Shown one piece after another: positions 52,765 to 63,269 of a stretch of 64,000 nucleotides of DNA. How positions within the stretch are numbered: the stretch's first letter is position 1; each line of letters begins with the position of its first letter. The position numbers and the translations under genes were made by a program. Source of the stretch: Bacteroidia bacterium (GTDB lineage: Bacteria > Bacteroidota > Bacteroidia > AKYH767-A > OLB10); contig JAGOJO010000006.1 in the NCBI GenBank assembly GCA_017995075.1, forward strand, positions 939 to 64,938. Reading direction: 5' to 3'. The notes below the pieces were generated by a model. The model made no database searches. It saw nothing but the letters and a program-made list of their open reading frames with translations, and was not told where the DNA came from.

Positions 52765-55377
52765 ATGAAAAAGTACTATTCCCTCCCCCTTGTCGCAGCT
52801 ATCCTCTTCTGGAGCTCCTGCAAGAACAACAACCAGCCAAAGACGGAAGTCAGAAATTTCCCGGAAATACATATTACTCCCGGCGATCCTGAAGCAGAAG
52901 AATACCGTGCATCTATCACCCGCCGACACGACCTGATTCACATGGATCTGGATGTGCGCTTCGACTGGAGCAAACGATATCTGTACGGAAAAGAATCTGT
53001 TTCTCTGAAACCACATTTTTATCCAATGAAGGATGTTTGGCTGAATGCGAGAGGGATGCAGATTAACCGCGTTGGACTCATCAATGGGAAAGACACGCTG
53101 CCACTTACTTTCAATCATGCCAATGACTCCCTCATTATTCAGATGGATCACGAGTATAAAGGCGGAGAAGCATTCCGTTTATTCATTGACTACGTAGCAC
53201 GACCCGACGAACTGAAAGATATCGGAGGAAGTCAGGCGATCAATAGCGACAAAGGACTTTACTTCATCAATCCGGATGGCAAGGAAAAAAATAAACCCCG
53301 TCAGATCTGGACACAAGGCGAAACACAAGCCAACTCTGTATGGTTCCCCACCATCGACGCTCCGAACCAGAAAATGACGCAGGAGATAAAGATCACCATC
53401 GACAATGAATTCAAAACGCTTTCAAATGGATTGATGATCAGCAGCACTGTCAATACAGATGGAACACGCACGGATACCTGGCGTCAGGAACTTCCTCATT
53501 CGCCGTATCTCGTTATGATGGCTATCGGACCTTACAGTGTGGTCACTGATAAATGGCGCGACCGTGAAGTAAGTTATTTTGTAGAAAAAGAATATGAGCG
53601 AGTAGCACGAAAAATATTCGGCAACACACCTGAGATGTTGGAATTCTTCTCTAAAAAAATGGGCGTTGATTATCCCTGGGCCAAGTATTCACAAGTTGTG
53701 GTTCGCGATTATGTCAGTGGTGCGATGGAGAACACCACAGCCACTATACACGGAGAGTTTCTGCAACAGGATGAACGTGAATTACTGGATGGCACCAATG
53801 AAGATGTAGTTTCCCATGAACTTTTCCATCATTGGTTTGGAGATTACGTCACCTGCGAATCATGGTCAAATATTCCACTCAACGAATCGTTCGCCACCTA
53901 TGGTGAATATCTCTGGAACGAGCATAAGTACGGACGTGAAGAAGCCGACCTCGGCCGACTCAATGATCTCAACGCTTATCTCCGCGAATCAAAAACAAAG
54001 AAGGTTGATCTCATTCGCTTTTATTACGACTCCAAGGAAGACATGTTCGACCGTCATTCCTACCAGAAAGGCGGATGCATCCTCCACATGTTACGCTACA
54101 CCATTGGCGACGATGCATTCTTTGCGGGATTAAAACTATATCTCGAAAACAACAAATTCAAAAATGTAGAAGTACATCAGTTACGACTCGCCTTTGAAGA
54201 AGTAACCGGCCAGGACCTCAACTGGTTCTTCAATGAATGGTTCCTCAACAAAAGTCATCCTGTACTCGACATAAAATATAAATGGGATGAAACCAGCCGC
54301 ATTGCATCGGTCACTGTTGAACAAACACAGGATCTGCAGGAATCACCATTATATCGGATGCCGCTTGCTGTCGACATCTACGAAAACGGAAAGGCAAGAA
54401 GAGAAAAAATATTGCTCTCCAAAAAAGCAGAAACATTCCAATTCACCTGCAGCGCGAAACCTGACTTCATCAATTTCGATGCAGATAAGATTCTGGTAGG
54501 TGTTAAAAACGATGCCCATACCAATGCCGAATGGATTGCTATGTACCGTACAGCACCATTATTCCAGGACCGCTTTGACGCACTCACGGCTATCGCGAAA
54601 GAATACAAAGCAGGAACACCAGAAGCACAAATCATCCGCGATGGTTTAAAAGACCGACACTGGAAAATACGACAAAATGCAGTTGCTAAAATAGAGCCAC
54701 TCTGCACAGGCGACGAACGTGAATCCACCCGGAAAGCACTCATGAACATTGCGATCAACGATCCGAAATCGGCGGTAAGAGAAGAAGCAGTATCTGCACT
54801 TGATGCCAACTTCAAAGATGAAGAACTCATCATGTTCTTCCAGAATGCCACTACCGACTCCTCTTTCGACGTATGTGGAACTGCATTCAATGCATTGGCA
54901 GCACGTGACAAAGAAGCTGCATTGAAACTGGCAGCAAAACAGGAAGGAAGCAACCACGACAGAATGAATGCCATACTCGCCGGACTTTATGCCAAACATG
55001 GCGGAGATAATCAGGCGGTATTTATGAAGAAAGCACTCGACAACAGCAGCGGATTTTCTACTTACAATCGATTACAGCAATATGGAAAATTCCTTCAACG
55101 ATGCACCGGGAAGAACAATATTGAAAACGGAATTGTTGATATTTACACTACCGGAAAAGCTGCTGAAAACTGGATTGTACGACTTGCAGCAGTACAAGCT
55201 CTTGCAGAATATGGTAATCATGCTGCAGAAGAATCCAAAACAGCAGCCAAAGCAGGAGATACTGCCACCTCTACACTCTGGGAAGGATATAGAGCATATG
55301 CAGCCAAACACCTCGATGAGCTCAAGAAAAATGAGACCAACGAAATGCTGCTTAAAATCTATAACAGCGGAAAATAG
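52765..55377 (+). CDS. M1 family aminopeptidase lipoprotein with C-terminal HEAT-like repeats
   Basis: Lipobox 'AILFWSSC'. Exopeptidase motif 'GAMENTTA'. Zinc motif 'HELFHHWFGD...NESFATYGE'. Alpha-helical C-terminal region. Confidence 0.9.
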   Translation: MKKYYSLPLVAAILFWSSCKNNNQPKTEVRNFPEIHITPGDPEAEEYRASITRRHDLIHMDLDVRFDWSKRYLYGKESVSLKPHFYPMKDVWLNARGMQINRVGLINGKDTLPLTFNHANDSLIIQMDHEYKGGEAFRLFIDYVARPDELKDIGGSQAINSDKGLYFINPDGKEKNKPRQIWTQGETQANSVWFPTIDAPNQKMTQEIKITIDNEFKTLSNGLMISSTVNTDGTRTDTWRQELPHSPYLVMMAIGPYSVVTDKWRDREVSYFVEKEYERVARKIFGNTPEMLEFFSKKMGVDYPWAKYSQVVVRDYVSGAMENTTATIHGEFLQQDERELLDGTNEDVVSHELFHHWFGDYVTCESWSNIPLNESFATYGEYLWNEHKYGREEADLGRLNDLNAYLRESKTKKVDLIRFYYDSKEDMFDRHSYQKGGCILHMLRYTIGDDAFFAGLKLYLENNKFKNVEVHQLRLAFEEVTGQDLNWFFNEWFLNKSHPVLDIKYKWDETSRIASVTVEQTQDLQESPLYRMPLAVDIYENGKARREKILLSKKAETFQFTCSAKPDFINFDADKILVGVKNDAHTNAEWIAMYRTAPLFQDRFDALTAIAKEYKAGTPEAQIIRDGLKDRHWKIRQNAVAKIEPLCTGDERESTRKALMNIAINDPKSAVREEAVSALDANFKDEELIMFFQNATTDSSFDVCGTAFNALAARDKEAALKLAAKQEGSNHDRMNAILAGLYAKHGGDNQAVFMKKALDNSSGFSTYNRLQQYGKFLQRCTGKNNIENGIVDIYTTGKAAENWIVRLAAVQALAEYGNHAAEESKTAAKAGDTATSTLWEGYRAYAAKHLDELKKNETNEMLLKIYNSGK

Positions 55378-55410
55378 TATCACACGTTATTTCAATACCA
55401 CAACAGCAAC

Positions 55411-55914
55411 ATGAAAACTTTCACCTGCAAACTTGACAAAGTTTCGATTTTAATCACCATAAATGTTCTGCTTTTCGGACTATTTCTACTCATCGGACCC
55501 AATCTGGCTTTCATGGAAAACAGAGAGAGTAGTTTCATTTTACAATCTGCCGGAGCAGTATTACTTCTCCTGATGATTGTGTTTTATTTATTGTCACCAC
55601 GAGCCTACGGATTCGACAAGGAGTATCTCTTTATTGGTCGAATGATTGCACCATTACGTATTCCGCTCTCAGAAATTGCCAATGTACGCATGCCTGACAC
55701 CAAGGAACTCAACTGGGCCATCCGCACTTTCGGAAACGGAGGACTTTTCGGCTATACAGGCCGTTATTACACAAAACATATTGGCAAAATGAACTGGCAA
55801 TGCACCCGACGCTCCAATTTTGTTGTTGTTGAACGAACCAATAATATCCCACTTGTCATTTCACCTGACGAGCCAGCCAAATTTGTTTTTGAGTTTAATC
55901 AGGGAGCAAAATAG
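55411..55914 (+). CDS. membrane-anchored bacterial PH-domain protein
   Basis: Two N-terminal TM helices, then 'RTFGNGGLFGYTGRYY...FVVVERTNNIPLVISPDEP', typical of bPH-type domains. Confidence 0.7.
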   Translation: MKTFTCKLDKVSILITINVLLFGLFLLIGPNLAFMENRESSFILQSAGAVLLLLMIVFYLLSPRAYGFDKEYLFIGRMIAPLRIPLSEIANVRMPDTKELNWAIRTFGNGGLFGYTGRYYTKHIGKMNWQCTRRSNFVVVERTNNIPLVISPDEPAKFVFEFNQGAK

Positions 55915-56024
55915 AAACACATATTTGGATTCAAAAAAGACAACTCCATCTAAAAACAGAATTCAACTTTTGCAAGCCAATACTTTACAGACGAAAGACT
56001 GCTTTCCAGCACCCACTAATTCAG

Positions 56025-57011
56025 TTATTGAATAATAAAGTAGTTGTAAATCCAGCTAGACAGGAGCAACAGGAAAAACAACTCCGCCATCCATATTTTC
56101 TTGGCTGTAAGAAAGTAATAGGAAAGATAGACTGACAGAGGAAGTGCGATAGTATTGAAACGGAACAGCAGCTCATCCCGCGACACCAGCACAGAGAGCA
56201 AACAAACCGGAATCATCAATACGAGCAACTGCTGAATCAATCGCGACTTAGTCACATTTTTAAAATAATTTGTCTGGAGACGCAACAACGAAAGTAAAAA
56301 CAGCACACCCACAATCGCAATACTCAATGTATAGCTGATGGTAAAGAAATGCTGCAAATCGATCTGCCGTTTGATACCGGAAACAAACACCCGCTCATAA
56401 AACAGCTGCAATTCATCCCGCAGGAAAAAATATAAAAAGGCAAAAAAGAACGGGAACAGCAATCCGAAAATTCCTGCCATCCATTCCCTCCAGGAAAAAG
56501 GACGAAGGATAATGATGCATAAGAAATAGAAGATAAACAAAATCACTGCCGGCAGATAAAACAACGCCGACAATGACAACAGGAAGGCACTATCGAAAGC
56601 CAGAGCAAGCGGAGAATTCCCTTTATACAAGCTGAATAAACGGTCGAAAACAAAAATCAAAATACTGTTAACGAAGAGCAAGGGATGAATCCATAAAAAA
56701 GGCGGCAATAAACCAATCAGCACCACATACAACAAAGCCGGCAACCAGGAACTACGGTAAAGAACCTCATGTTTATTTAAAACAAAGTTGAGATGGATGG
56801 CCTGGGAAGTGGTTAAAAGGAAACCAATTATTGGTCCTGCCCAAACAGGTAAATACCCAATTAATGCTATTACCAGGTCGTACAATGGCATACCATTGGG
56901 ATCTACAACCCTGTAACTGACTGATTTAGAGATCATCCACATTGCGCCGGATAAAATAACGAGCAATATGAGCGGGAAGATCTGAGTGGAACGGAAGGCT
57001 TTAATGAGCAT
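56025..57011 (-). CDS. polytopic membrane protein (DUF6427-like by recollection)
   Basis: 328 aa, about 9 TM, Leu/Phe-rich. Divergent from a small membrane-protein gene. Confidence 0.7.
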   Translation of the reverse strand: MLIKAFRSTQIFPLILLVILSGAMWMISKSVSYRVVDPNGMPLYDLVIALIGYLPVWAGPIIGFLLTTSQAIHLNFVLNKHEVLYRSSWLPALLYVVLIGLLPPFLWIHPLLFVNSILIFVFDRLFSLYKGNSPLALAFDSAFLLSLSALFYLPAVILFIFYFLCIIILRPFSWREWMAGIFGLLFPFFFAFLYFFLRDELQLFYERVFVSGIKRQIDLQHFFTISYTLSIAIVGVLFLLSLLRLQTNYFKNVTKSRLIQQLLVLMIPVCLLSVLVSRDELLFRFNTIALPLSVYLSYYFLTAKKIWMAELFFLLLLSSWIYNYFIIQ

Positions 57012-57042
57012 AATCCGGCTTGGGTGGGGACGATATTTAGTT

Positions 57043-57050
57043 TAAATTTG
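57043..57050 (+). promoter_or_regulatory. -7 box TAAATTTG upstream of the small ORF at 57071
   Basis: Exact TAnnTTTG, 20 nt before the ATG at 57071. Confidence 0.45.
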
Positions 57051-57070
57051 CGCCAAATTACACTAAAAAT

Positions 57071-57253
57071 ATGACCGCTCTATTTAAAGGTATCGCTACT
57101 GCCGCAGAATCTATCTTCTCGATCCTCCCACCGATCGGAAACCTGGCGAACTGGATGTTTGGACTCACCATTACCGTAGGTGTTATTTTCTGGTTATGGT
57201 ATGATGCCAAAACACGTCGCGGAGGCGAAAATTTCATGGCGAAAAAAGGATAA
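57071..57253 (+). CDS. small membrane protein (60 aa)
   Basis: One TM helix 'WMFGLTITVGVIFWLWY'. It has its own -7 box and a downstream terminator, and is preferred over the overlapping minus-strand 74-aa ORF. Confidence 0.6.
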   Translation: MTALFKGIATAAESIFSILPPIGNLANWMFGLTITVGVIFWLWYDAKTRRGGENFMAKKG

Positions 57254-57277
57254 TCATCCTCTATAAAAAATACAAAA

Positions 57278-57308
57278 GGCAAACTCCAATCGGGGCTTGC
57301 CTTTTTTT
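57278..57308. terminator. bidirectional terminator between convergent genes
   Basis: 'ggcaaactcc aatc ggggcttgcc' stem with two mismatches, flanked by 'caaaa' and 'ttttttt'. Confidence 0.65.
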
Positions 57309-57327
57309 GTAGGTATATTTTTTTGAC

Positions 57328-59646
57328 TTAACGGAAGTACATCAGTTTTGTAACGCAGGTATTCTCGCTGGTAGGATCTGAAGAGAACACAATATACACT
57401 CCGGTACTCACCTCTTCACCCTGCAGGTTTCTTCCATTCCATATCGCCTGCGTACCGAGTGCAGTTGTTTGATAGACCAATCCACCATTCACATCGGTAA
57501 TTTTTACAATACCGTTGGGCACAACACCCTTAATTGCCACCGGACCATCATAGGTACGCTCCACAGGATTCGGATAAACCAATATATCATTACAACCAAC
57601 AATATCTGCCGACGCTTCTACTGCATCACTCTGATAACTCATCAGCCCTTTATCCGTACCGATAAATACTTCACCATTTTTTGCATCGATGGCGATAGAG
57701 CTGATATTGTTAGAGAACAACGGACTATTATCGAAAGTAAAATGATGAATCTGCTCCTGACCATCGGGGGAGAAAAGATAAATACCACCATTCTCGGTTC
57801 CCACCCATTTACGATTAGCACCATCCACCGCAATTGCCGTTACTACTTCACCGGCTAGGAGATACTGATATGAATTATCCTGACGAATTAAAATCTGCTG
57901 AGGTGTAATAGAAGGAGGATAGAAAACATATACGCCCACATCTGAACCGGTCCAGATTGTACCATCTTTATCCTTCGCCAGGCAACGAACGCGGTTTGAT
58001 CCGAAGTCGACGAGATCAAACTGATCATCCGCAGTGTTGTCGACAGTGCGATTCGGGTTAAAGACTAAAATTCCATCTTTCCCACCAATATTTTCATACA
58101 CTATCATCCACAAATAGCCATTGAGATCCATCACCATATCGCCCGTTTTTGCACTCGAATTAATTTTGCCGGGGAAAAGGAATCGTTTCCAGTTTCCATC
58201 ATTCTTGCGCACATTGATCACGCTGTTTACACCTGCATTAGAGCACCAGAGATTAAACTCATCGTCGAGCACCAGACCGTGAACTTTTACTTGTCCGGGA
58301 TTACCAAACTGCTGCAATAATGTAGAATTTGTATCGCGGTAAAACTTGATAGCTGCACCGTTTTTTACCTCCAGCAATCCTGCCCCGCCAGAACCAATAA
58401 AGAGATGATTTTTATCGGAAGGATCAACCACCAGTGACATATTATCATAGAAAGTGTATTGCCCGATAAACGGAGTTTGTGAAGAATATCCATCATAGGT
58501 AATCCAATCGGCACCATTAAAAACCGAGAATCCATCCAGACGATACGCATTCTGCCAGCCCTTATTCCGCGGACCATGAGCCACCCAAAGCTGGCCATCC
58601 ACCACCTGCATCGCAGAGCTCAGTGAAGAGTTTGGACCTTCCGGCTGCATCTTTTCGTATAGACTACCCGTTACCTTCAACAAACCACGGCTTTTATCGG
58701 CGATCCATGCATTTCCGGAAGCATCCTCCACTCCATCGCTGAAATCGGGACCAGTAACCACACTGCCATCGACATACCGTATTCTATTCAACGAAGCATC
58801 GAAAACACTTAACCCGGAAGACTCAGTCAGGAACATCAGATTATTTTCCACCCGCAAACTTAATTTTGGCGGAGTTCCCTGCATCACTAACGGCAACGGA
58901 TATCCCCAGTTACCATTATAGCCCATCAATGAATCACCTGACGACCGATTATAATTGAAAAACAGCACGCCATTAAACAGAACCGACTGATTAAAACCTC
59001 CCTGATCATTGGTATCACTGATGATTTTTGTCCAGGCAGAATAATTGTTGATAAACGGATCCGAAAGTGTGGCCTGGTAAATTCCATCTTCAGCAGCTGC
59101 ATACAGGAAAGAGCCATCCATCACCACATCATTCACATCAGAGCCTGTATTTGCCGCAGAAATATAATAAGTATCCTTTATTTCACGACGCAACAGATCC
59201 AACACCACCACTCCAAATCCACAAGAGAGATACGCCAGATCACCTTCAATACTGATACGATTCACAATTTTATTACCCGGAATATTCTTTCGCTTGATAT
59301 CACTCAGGTTCAACACCCGGCCATCATCAAACAAGAGATCGATATTCGTATTGTTGTAGACAATCACCAACACTTTATTACTGCTGCTATAGGCAATTGT
59401 GCGTACACCAAAATCATTCAAACCATTCAGCTTCGAATAGCGCTTCAGACTTTGATCCTGTTTATTAAAAGCAAAGAGACCATCCTGCGTAGCACAGTAC
59501 ACCCGATCACCGGCCACCGCCACCGCCTTACCCTGAAGATACGGCATATGCTCCCGCCAGTTACCGATAGCAAAAGGTTGAGCCGGCGCAGAAGATATTC
59601 CCGACAATGTAAGCAGGGCTACAAGAAAATAGAAGAGTTGTTTCAT
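57328..59646 (-). CDS. double beta-propeller protein with T9SS CTD (PorZ-like)
   Basis: 772 aa with a signal peptide. Two-component-regulator-propeller-type repeats ('GGIYLFS','IWTGSDVGVYVF','LWVAHG'). CTD 'VYPNPVERTYDGPVAIKGV...GVYIVFS...LMYFR'. Size and architecture match P. gingivalis PorZ as I recall it. Confidence 0.8.
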   Translation of the reverse strand: MKQLFYFLVALLTLSGISSAPAQPFAIGNWREHMPYLQGKAVAVAGDRVYCATQDGLFAFNKQDQSLKRYSKLNGLNDFGVRTIAYSSSNKVLVIVYNNTNIDLLFDDGRVLNLSDIKRKNIPGNKIVNRISIEGDLAYLSCGFGVVVLDLLRREIKDTYYISAANTGSDVNDVVMDGSFLYAAAEDGIYQATLSDPFINNYSAWTKIISDTNDQGGFNQSVLFNGVLFFNYNRSSGDSLMGYNGNWGYPLPLVMQGTPPKLSLRVENNLMFLTESSGLSVFDASLNRIRYVDGSVVTGPDFSDGVEDASGNAWIADKSRGLLKVTGSLYEKMQPEGPNSSLSSAMQVVDGQLWVAHGPRNKGWQNAYRLDGFSVFNGADWITYDGYSSQTPFIGQYTFYDNMSLVVDPSDKNHLFIGSGGAGLLEVKNGAAIKFYRDTNSTLLQQFGNPGQVKVHGLVLDDEFNLWCSNAGVNSVINVRKNDGNWKRFLFPGKINSSAKTGDMVMDLNGYLWMIVYENIGGKDGILVFNPNRTVDNTADDQFDLVDFGSNRVRCLAKDKDGTIWTGSDVGVYVFYPPSITPQQILIRQDNSYQYLLAGEVVTAIAVDGANRKWVGTENGGIYLFSPDGQEQIHHFTFDNSPLFSNNISSIAIDAKNGEVFIGTDKGLMSYQSDAVEASADIVGCNDILVYPNPVERTYDGPVAIKGVVPNGIVKITDVNGGLVYQTTALGTQAIWNGRNLQGEEVSTGVYIVFSSDPTSENTCVTKLMYFR

Positions 59647-59870
59647 AGTTTGGTTGCATCGACAATAACTCCATTCAGGATAAATTATTGCCGATCAAAG
59701 ATCAGAAATGCCATTGATTCAACCGAATATGATCCCGAAAATTGCCATATTCCAACATATCCGGCCAAAAACACCTCTATCACCGTGAAAATGAGCCGCA
59801 TCTTATCCAAGCCTGCAGGTACCTACATCCGCATATTCGCATTAAATTCGTACCCTTATTCCTTGAATTT

Positions 59871-61616
59871 ATGTTAAGATCACATACCTGCGGCGAATTG
59901 CGGTTAACAGATGCCGGAAAAAATGTTACACTCAGCGGCTGGGTACAACGCTCCCGCGACCTGGGCGGAATGACCTTTATCGACTTGCGCGACCGGTACG
60001 GACTTACTCAACTGGCCTTCAACATGGACCACAATGGCCCTATTTGTGAAGCTGCCCGAAAGCTCGGCCGGGAATATGTGATTCAGGTAAAAGGAACTGT
60101 AAAAGAAAGGGAAAGCAAGAACGCTAAAATGCCCACCGGTGATATTGAAATCATCGTTGAGTCGTTGGAGGTCCTCAATGCCGCCATCACTCCACCCTTC
60201 ACCATTGAAGAACAAACTGACGGAGGTGACGACCTTCGCATGAAATACCGCTACCTCGATTTACGCCGGGCTTCTGTTCGCGCCAACCTCGAACTGCGCC
60301 ACCGTATTGCGATCGAGTCCCGCAATTATCTTGACAAGCAACAATTTCTGGAAGTAGAAACGCCTGTACTCATTAAATCAACACCGGAAGGAGCGCGTGA
60401 TTTTGTAGTGCCTTCACGTATGAACCAGGGACAATTTTATGCATTACCGCAATCACCGCAAACCTTTAAGCAGTTGCTGATGGTGGCAGGATTCGACCGG
60501 TACTATCAGATTGTAAAATGTTTCCGCGATGAGGATTTGCGCGCCGACCGTCAGCCGGAGTTTACACAGATCGACTGTGAGATGAGTTTTGTAGAGCAGG
60601 AAGATATCCTCCAGACATTTGAAGGACTGGTACGTCATCTTTTCAAGACAGTAAAAGGCATCGAAATAGACACTCTTCCCCGAATGAGTTATGCGGATGC
60701 CATGAAATATTATGGTTGCGATAAGCCGGACACCCGTTTCGAGATGCGATTCAGCGAATTGAACCATCTGGTAAAAGGAAAAGGATTTAAAGTATTTGAC
60801 GATGCTGAACTTGTAGTTGGTATTTGTGCAAAAGGATGCTCCGAATATACCCGCAAACAAACAGACGAGCTTACCGACTTTGTAAAACGTCCACAGATTG
60901 GAGCTAACGGTCTCGTATATGTGAAGTATGGAGCTGATGGAAGTTTAAAATCAAGTGTAGATAAATTTTACTCTGCTGAAGAATTGAAGAAATGGGCAGA
61001 AGCCATGGGTGCCACAGAGGGAGATCTCTTACTCATACTCGCCGGCGATACCAATAAAACACGGAAGGCTCTCAATGAACTTCGTTTAGAAATGGGAACA
61101 CGTCTCGGTTTAAGAGATAAAGACAAGTACCAGTGTTTATGGGTGGTAGACTTTCCATTGCTCGAATGGGGCGAAGAAGTAAACCGCTGGTTCGCTATGC
61201 ACCATCCTTTCACTTCACCTTTACCGGAAGATATTCAACTACTCGAAACTAATCCGGGAGCTGTACGCGCCAATGCATACGACATGGTCATTAACGGAGT
61301 AGAAGTAGGCGGAGGAAGTATCCGAATCTTCAACAAAGACCTGCAGAAAAAAATGTTCAGTATTCTTGGATTTACTGACGAAGAAGCGCAAGCACAGTTT
61401 GGATTCCTGATGAATGCTTTTGAATTCGGAGCACCTCCACACGGAGGAATTGCGTTCGGATTTGATCGTTTATGTTCTCTGTTTGGCGGATCAGAAAGTA
61501 TACGTGATTTCATCGCATTCCCTAAAAACAATTCCGGAAGAGATGTGATGATTGATGCACCATCTGTTATTCACGCTGACCAGCTTAAGGAACTGGGCAT
61601 ACAAACCAACGGTTAA
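59871..61616 (+). CDS. aspS: aspartate--tRNA ligase
   Basis: '[11 protein letters not shown]..' OB-fold N-terminus. Class II motifs 'FYALPQSPQ','[19 protein letters not shown]','GGGSIRI','[12 protein letters not shown]'. The ATG at 59871 is preferred to the track start at 59742. Confidence 0.95.
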   Translation: MLRSHTCGELRLTDAGKNVTLSGWVQRSRDLGGMTFIDLRDRYGLTQLAFNMDHNGPICEAARKLGREYVIQVKGTVKERESKNAKMPTGDIEIIVESLEVLNAAITPPFTIEEQTDGGDDLRMKYRYLDLRRASVRANLELRHRIAIESRNYLDKQQFLEVETPVLIKSTPEGARDFVVPSRMNQGQFYALPQSPQTFKQLLMVAGFDRYYQIVKCFRDEDLRADRQPEFTQIDCEMSFVEQEDILQTFEGLVRHLFKTVKGIEIDTLPRMSYADAMKYYGCDKPDTRFEMRFSELNHLVKGKGFKVFDDAELVVGICAKGCSEYTRKQTDELTDFVKRPQIGANGLVYVKYGADGSLKSSVDKFYSAEELKKWAEAMGATEGDLLLILAGDTNKTRKALNELRLEMGTRLGLRDKDKYQCLWVVDFPLLEWGEEVNRWFAMHHPFTSPLPEDIQLLETNPGAVRANAYDMVINGVEVGGGSIRIFNKDLQKKMFSILGFTDEEAQAQFGFLMNAFEFGAPPHGGIAFGFDRLCSLFGGSESIRDFIAFPKNNSGRDVMIDAPSVIHADQLKELGIQTNG

Positions 61617-61888
61617 CAGATAGCAGAACTTCGTAATTTACTACCGTGCTTCGAACACTGTTAAGATGTTTGGTGCTGGCAATCTCCATCCTTAAATGAA
61701 TTCCTATTCCTTTAACTCTACCGGTTGAGAAAACGAATTACTAAACAATTCAAACTTTATCTGATAAAATCAGAAAGGGTAACCGGACTTTAAATCGGCT
61801 ATATCATTACAATTCATTTAGTTACTATCCACAAGTTGGTATTAAATAAAATTTACATTTCTACCTGCAAATAAGAGGACGATCTCCC

Positions 61889-61896
61889 TACCTTTG
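61889..61896 (+). promoter_or_regulatory. -7 box TACCTTTG upstream of 61926..63110
   Basis: Exact TAnnTTTG, 29 nt before the ATG at 61926. Confidence 0.45.
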
Positions 61897-61925
61897 CATA
61901 TACAATCAATTAAAACCAAATACGC

Positions 61926-63110
61926 ATGAAAAAATTTACTCTAATTACTCTATTAACCCTGTTCATCGGACTGGATGTTTACAGTCAATGTACTCCCCAG
62001 GCGGTTTATACTCCATCTGCATGGGCTGAGCCAGCTGCTCCAACCGTTCCATATACAGGATTTATGTGTCAGGGACATGACACTTTATTTACCCGCACCG
62101 GCTGGGATTATTATGATGGAGATGGTTATTTCGTGAACCTGATTGCAGGTTCTGATGTAACTGTATTCACCGATGGCTGTACAGCAAGTCCTGCTTCAAT
62201 TACAATTGTTGATTCAACCGGAGGAAACGGTGGATTAGGTGTTGTAATTGCAGGGGCATATGTAGCTGCTGCTTGTCCGAACAGTTTAACCTTCACAGCA
62301 CCATACACTGGAAGATACTATGTTGTTTATGATTCGGACAACGATTGTGCAACAGCAGGAACAGTTGCTATTGGTATTTCTGCATTGAAATTGAACAATG
62401 CTTCTACTATCACCAACTGTAATCCGATTCCTACGCCTGTAAATGACACTATTTGCGGAGCTATTCCGGTAGTTGTTGGCACTACATACACCGGAAACAC
62501 CACATTTGCTTCAGCAACTGATCCATTAGATACAGATGTAGTAAATGCTGGTTTTGCATGCAGCACTCCGAACAATACTATCTGGTATTCGTTTGTTGCG
62601 CCGGTAACTGGAGATTATGAATTTGCATCTGACGCTCCGGCTGTTGGTGGTTCCAGCCTTTGGTTGGGATTATTCGAAGCACCAACCTGTACCGATCCAT
62701 TACTTTACATTGATTGTTTAGTAGGAGCAGATCCAGGATTGCCTTTGACTGATACAGCTACATTGACTGCAGGATCTAATTATTTCATCATGATTGATGG
62801 ATTCAGTGGTGCATTTGGTGAATTCTCATTCGTAATCAACCAACTTACAACAGGAATCAATGAAATCAACGCTAACGAACTTTCTGTTTATCCAAACCCA
62901 TTCACAGATCTTATCACAGTGAAAAACGGATCTACTGTACAGGACTTCAAAGTTGAGATTCTGAACGTAGTTGGACAGGTTGTTTACAGCGAGCAGATGA
63001 ACAATCTGGTAAATGCTACAATTGATGCCAAAGCGTTTGCGAAAGGAGTATACACTATTCGTTTCATTAACAACGACAGTATTATCACCAAGAAACTGGT
63101 GAAGCAATAA
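61926..63110 (+). CDS. T9SS CTD secreted protein, Cys-rich, unknown function
   Basis: Signal peptide 'GLDVYSQ'. Two related Cys-containing beta modules. CTD 'VYPNPFTDLITV...GVYTIRF...KLVKQ'. Confidence 0.8.
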   Translation: MKKFTLITLLTLFIGLDVYSQCTPQAVYTPSAWAEPAAPTVPYTGFMCQGHDTLFTRTGWDYYDGDGYFVNLIAGSDVTVFTDGCTASPASITIVDSTGGNGGLGVVIAGAYVAAACPNSLTFTAPYTGRYYVVYDSDNDCATAGTVAIGISALKLNNASTITNCNPIPTPVNDTICGAIPVVVGTTYTGNTTFASATDPLDTDVVNAGFACSTPNNTIWYSFVAPVTGDYEFASDAPAVGGSSLWLGLFEAPTCTDPLLYIDCLVGADPGLPLTDTATLTAGSNYFIMIDGFSGAFGEFSFVINQLTTGINEINANELSVYPNPFTDLITVKNGSTVQDFKVEILNVVGQVVYSEQMNNLVNATIDAKAFAKGVYTIRFINNDSIITKKLVKQ

Positions 63111-63131
63111 AAATAATTGCCAAACAAATAA

Positions 63132-63166
63132 AGAGGATGTCTGAAAAAGGCAGCCTCTTTTTTTTA
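63132..63166 (+). terminator. rho-independent terminator
   Basis: 'agaggatgtc tgaaaaag gcagcctct' imperfect stem followed by 'tttttttt'. Confidence 0.6.
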
Positions 63167-63216
63167 TACAATCGTAAAGTAAGAATACTTAATCATACCT
63201 CTCGGAATGTAAATAA

Positions 63217-63251
63217 TAAAAAGAGGTCCACTCACGATTGAGCAGACCTCT
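63217..63251 (-). terminator. rho-independent terminator of the 63270.. gene
   Basis: On the minus strand, stem AGAGGTC/GACCTCT is followed by 'TTTTTATTATTT'. Confidence 0.65.
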
Positions 63252-63269
63252 TATCAGTTACGACAACTT

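Noticed and set aside
54378-54974. 198-aa and 117-aa minus-strand ORFs
   Set aside because: They are antisense to the C-terminal HEAT-like region of the M1 aminopeptidase and are shadow frames.
57058-57282. 74-aa minus-strand ORF overlapping the 60-aa plus-strand ORF
   Set aside because: The plus-strand ORF has a -7 box 20 nt upstream, a TM helix and a terminator just downstream. The minus ORF would read through that terminator and has no promoter.
59742-59870. N-terminal 43-aa extension of aspS in the track ORF
   Set aside because: AspRS homologues begin at '[11 protein letters not shown]'. The extension is His/Arg-rich with no homology expectation.
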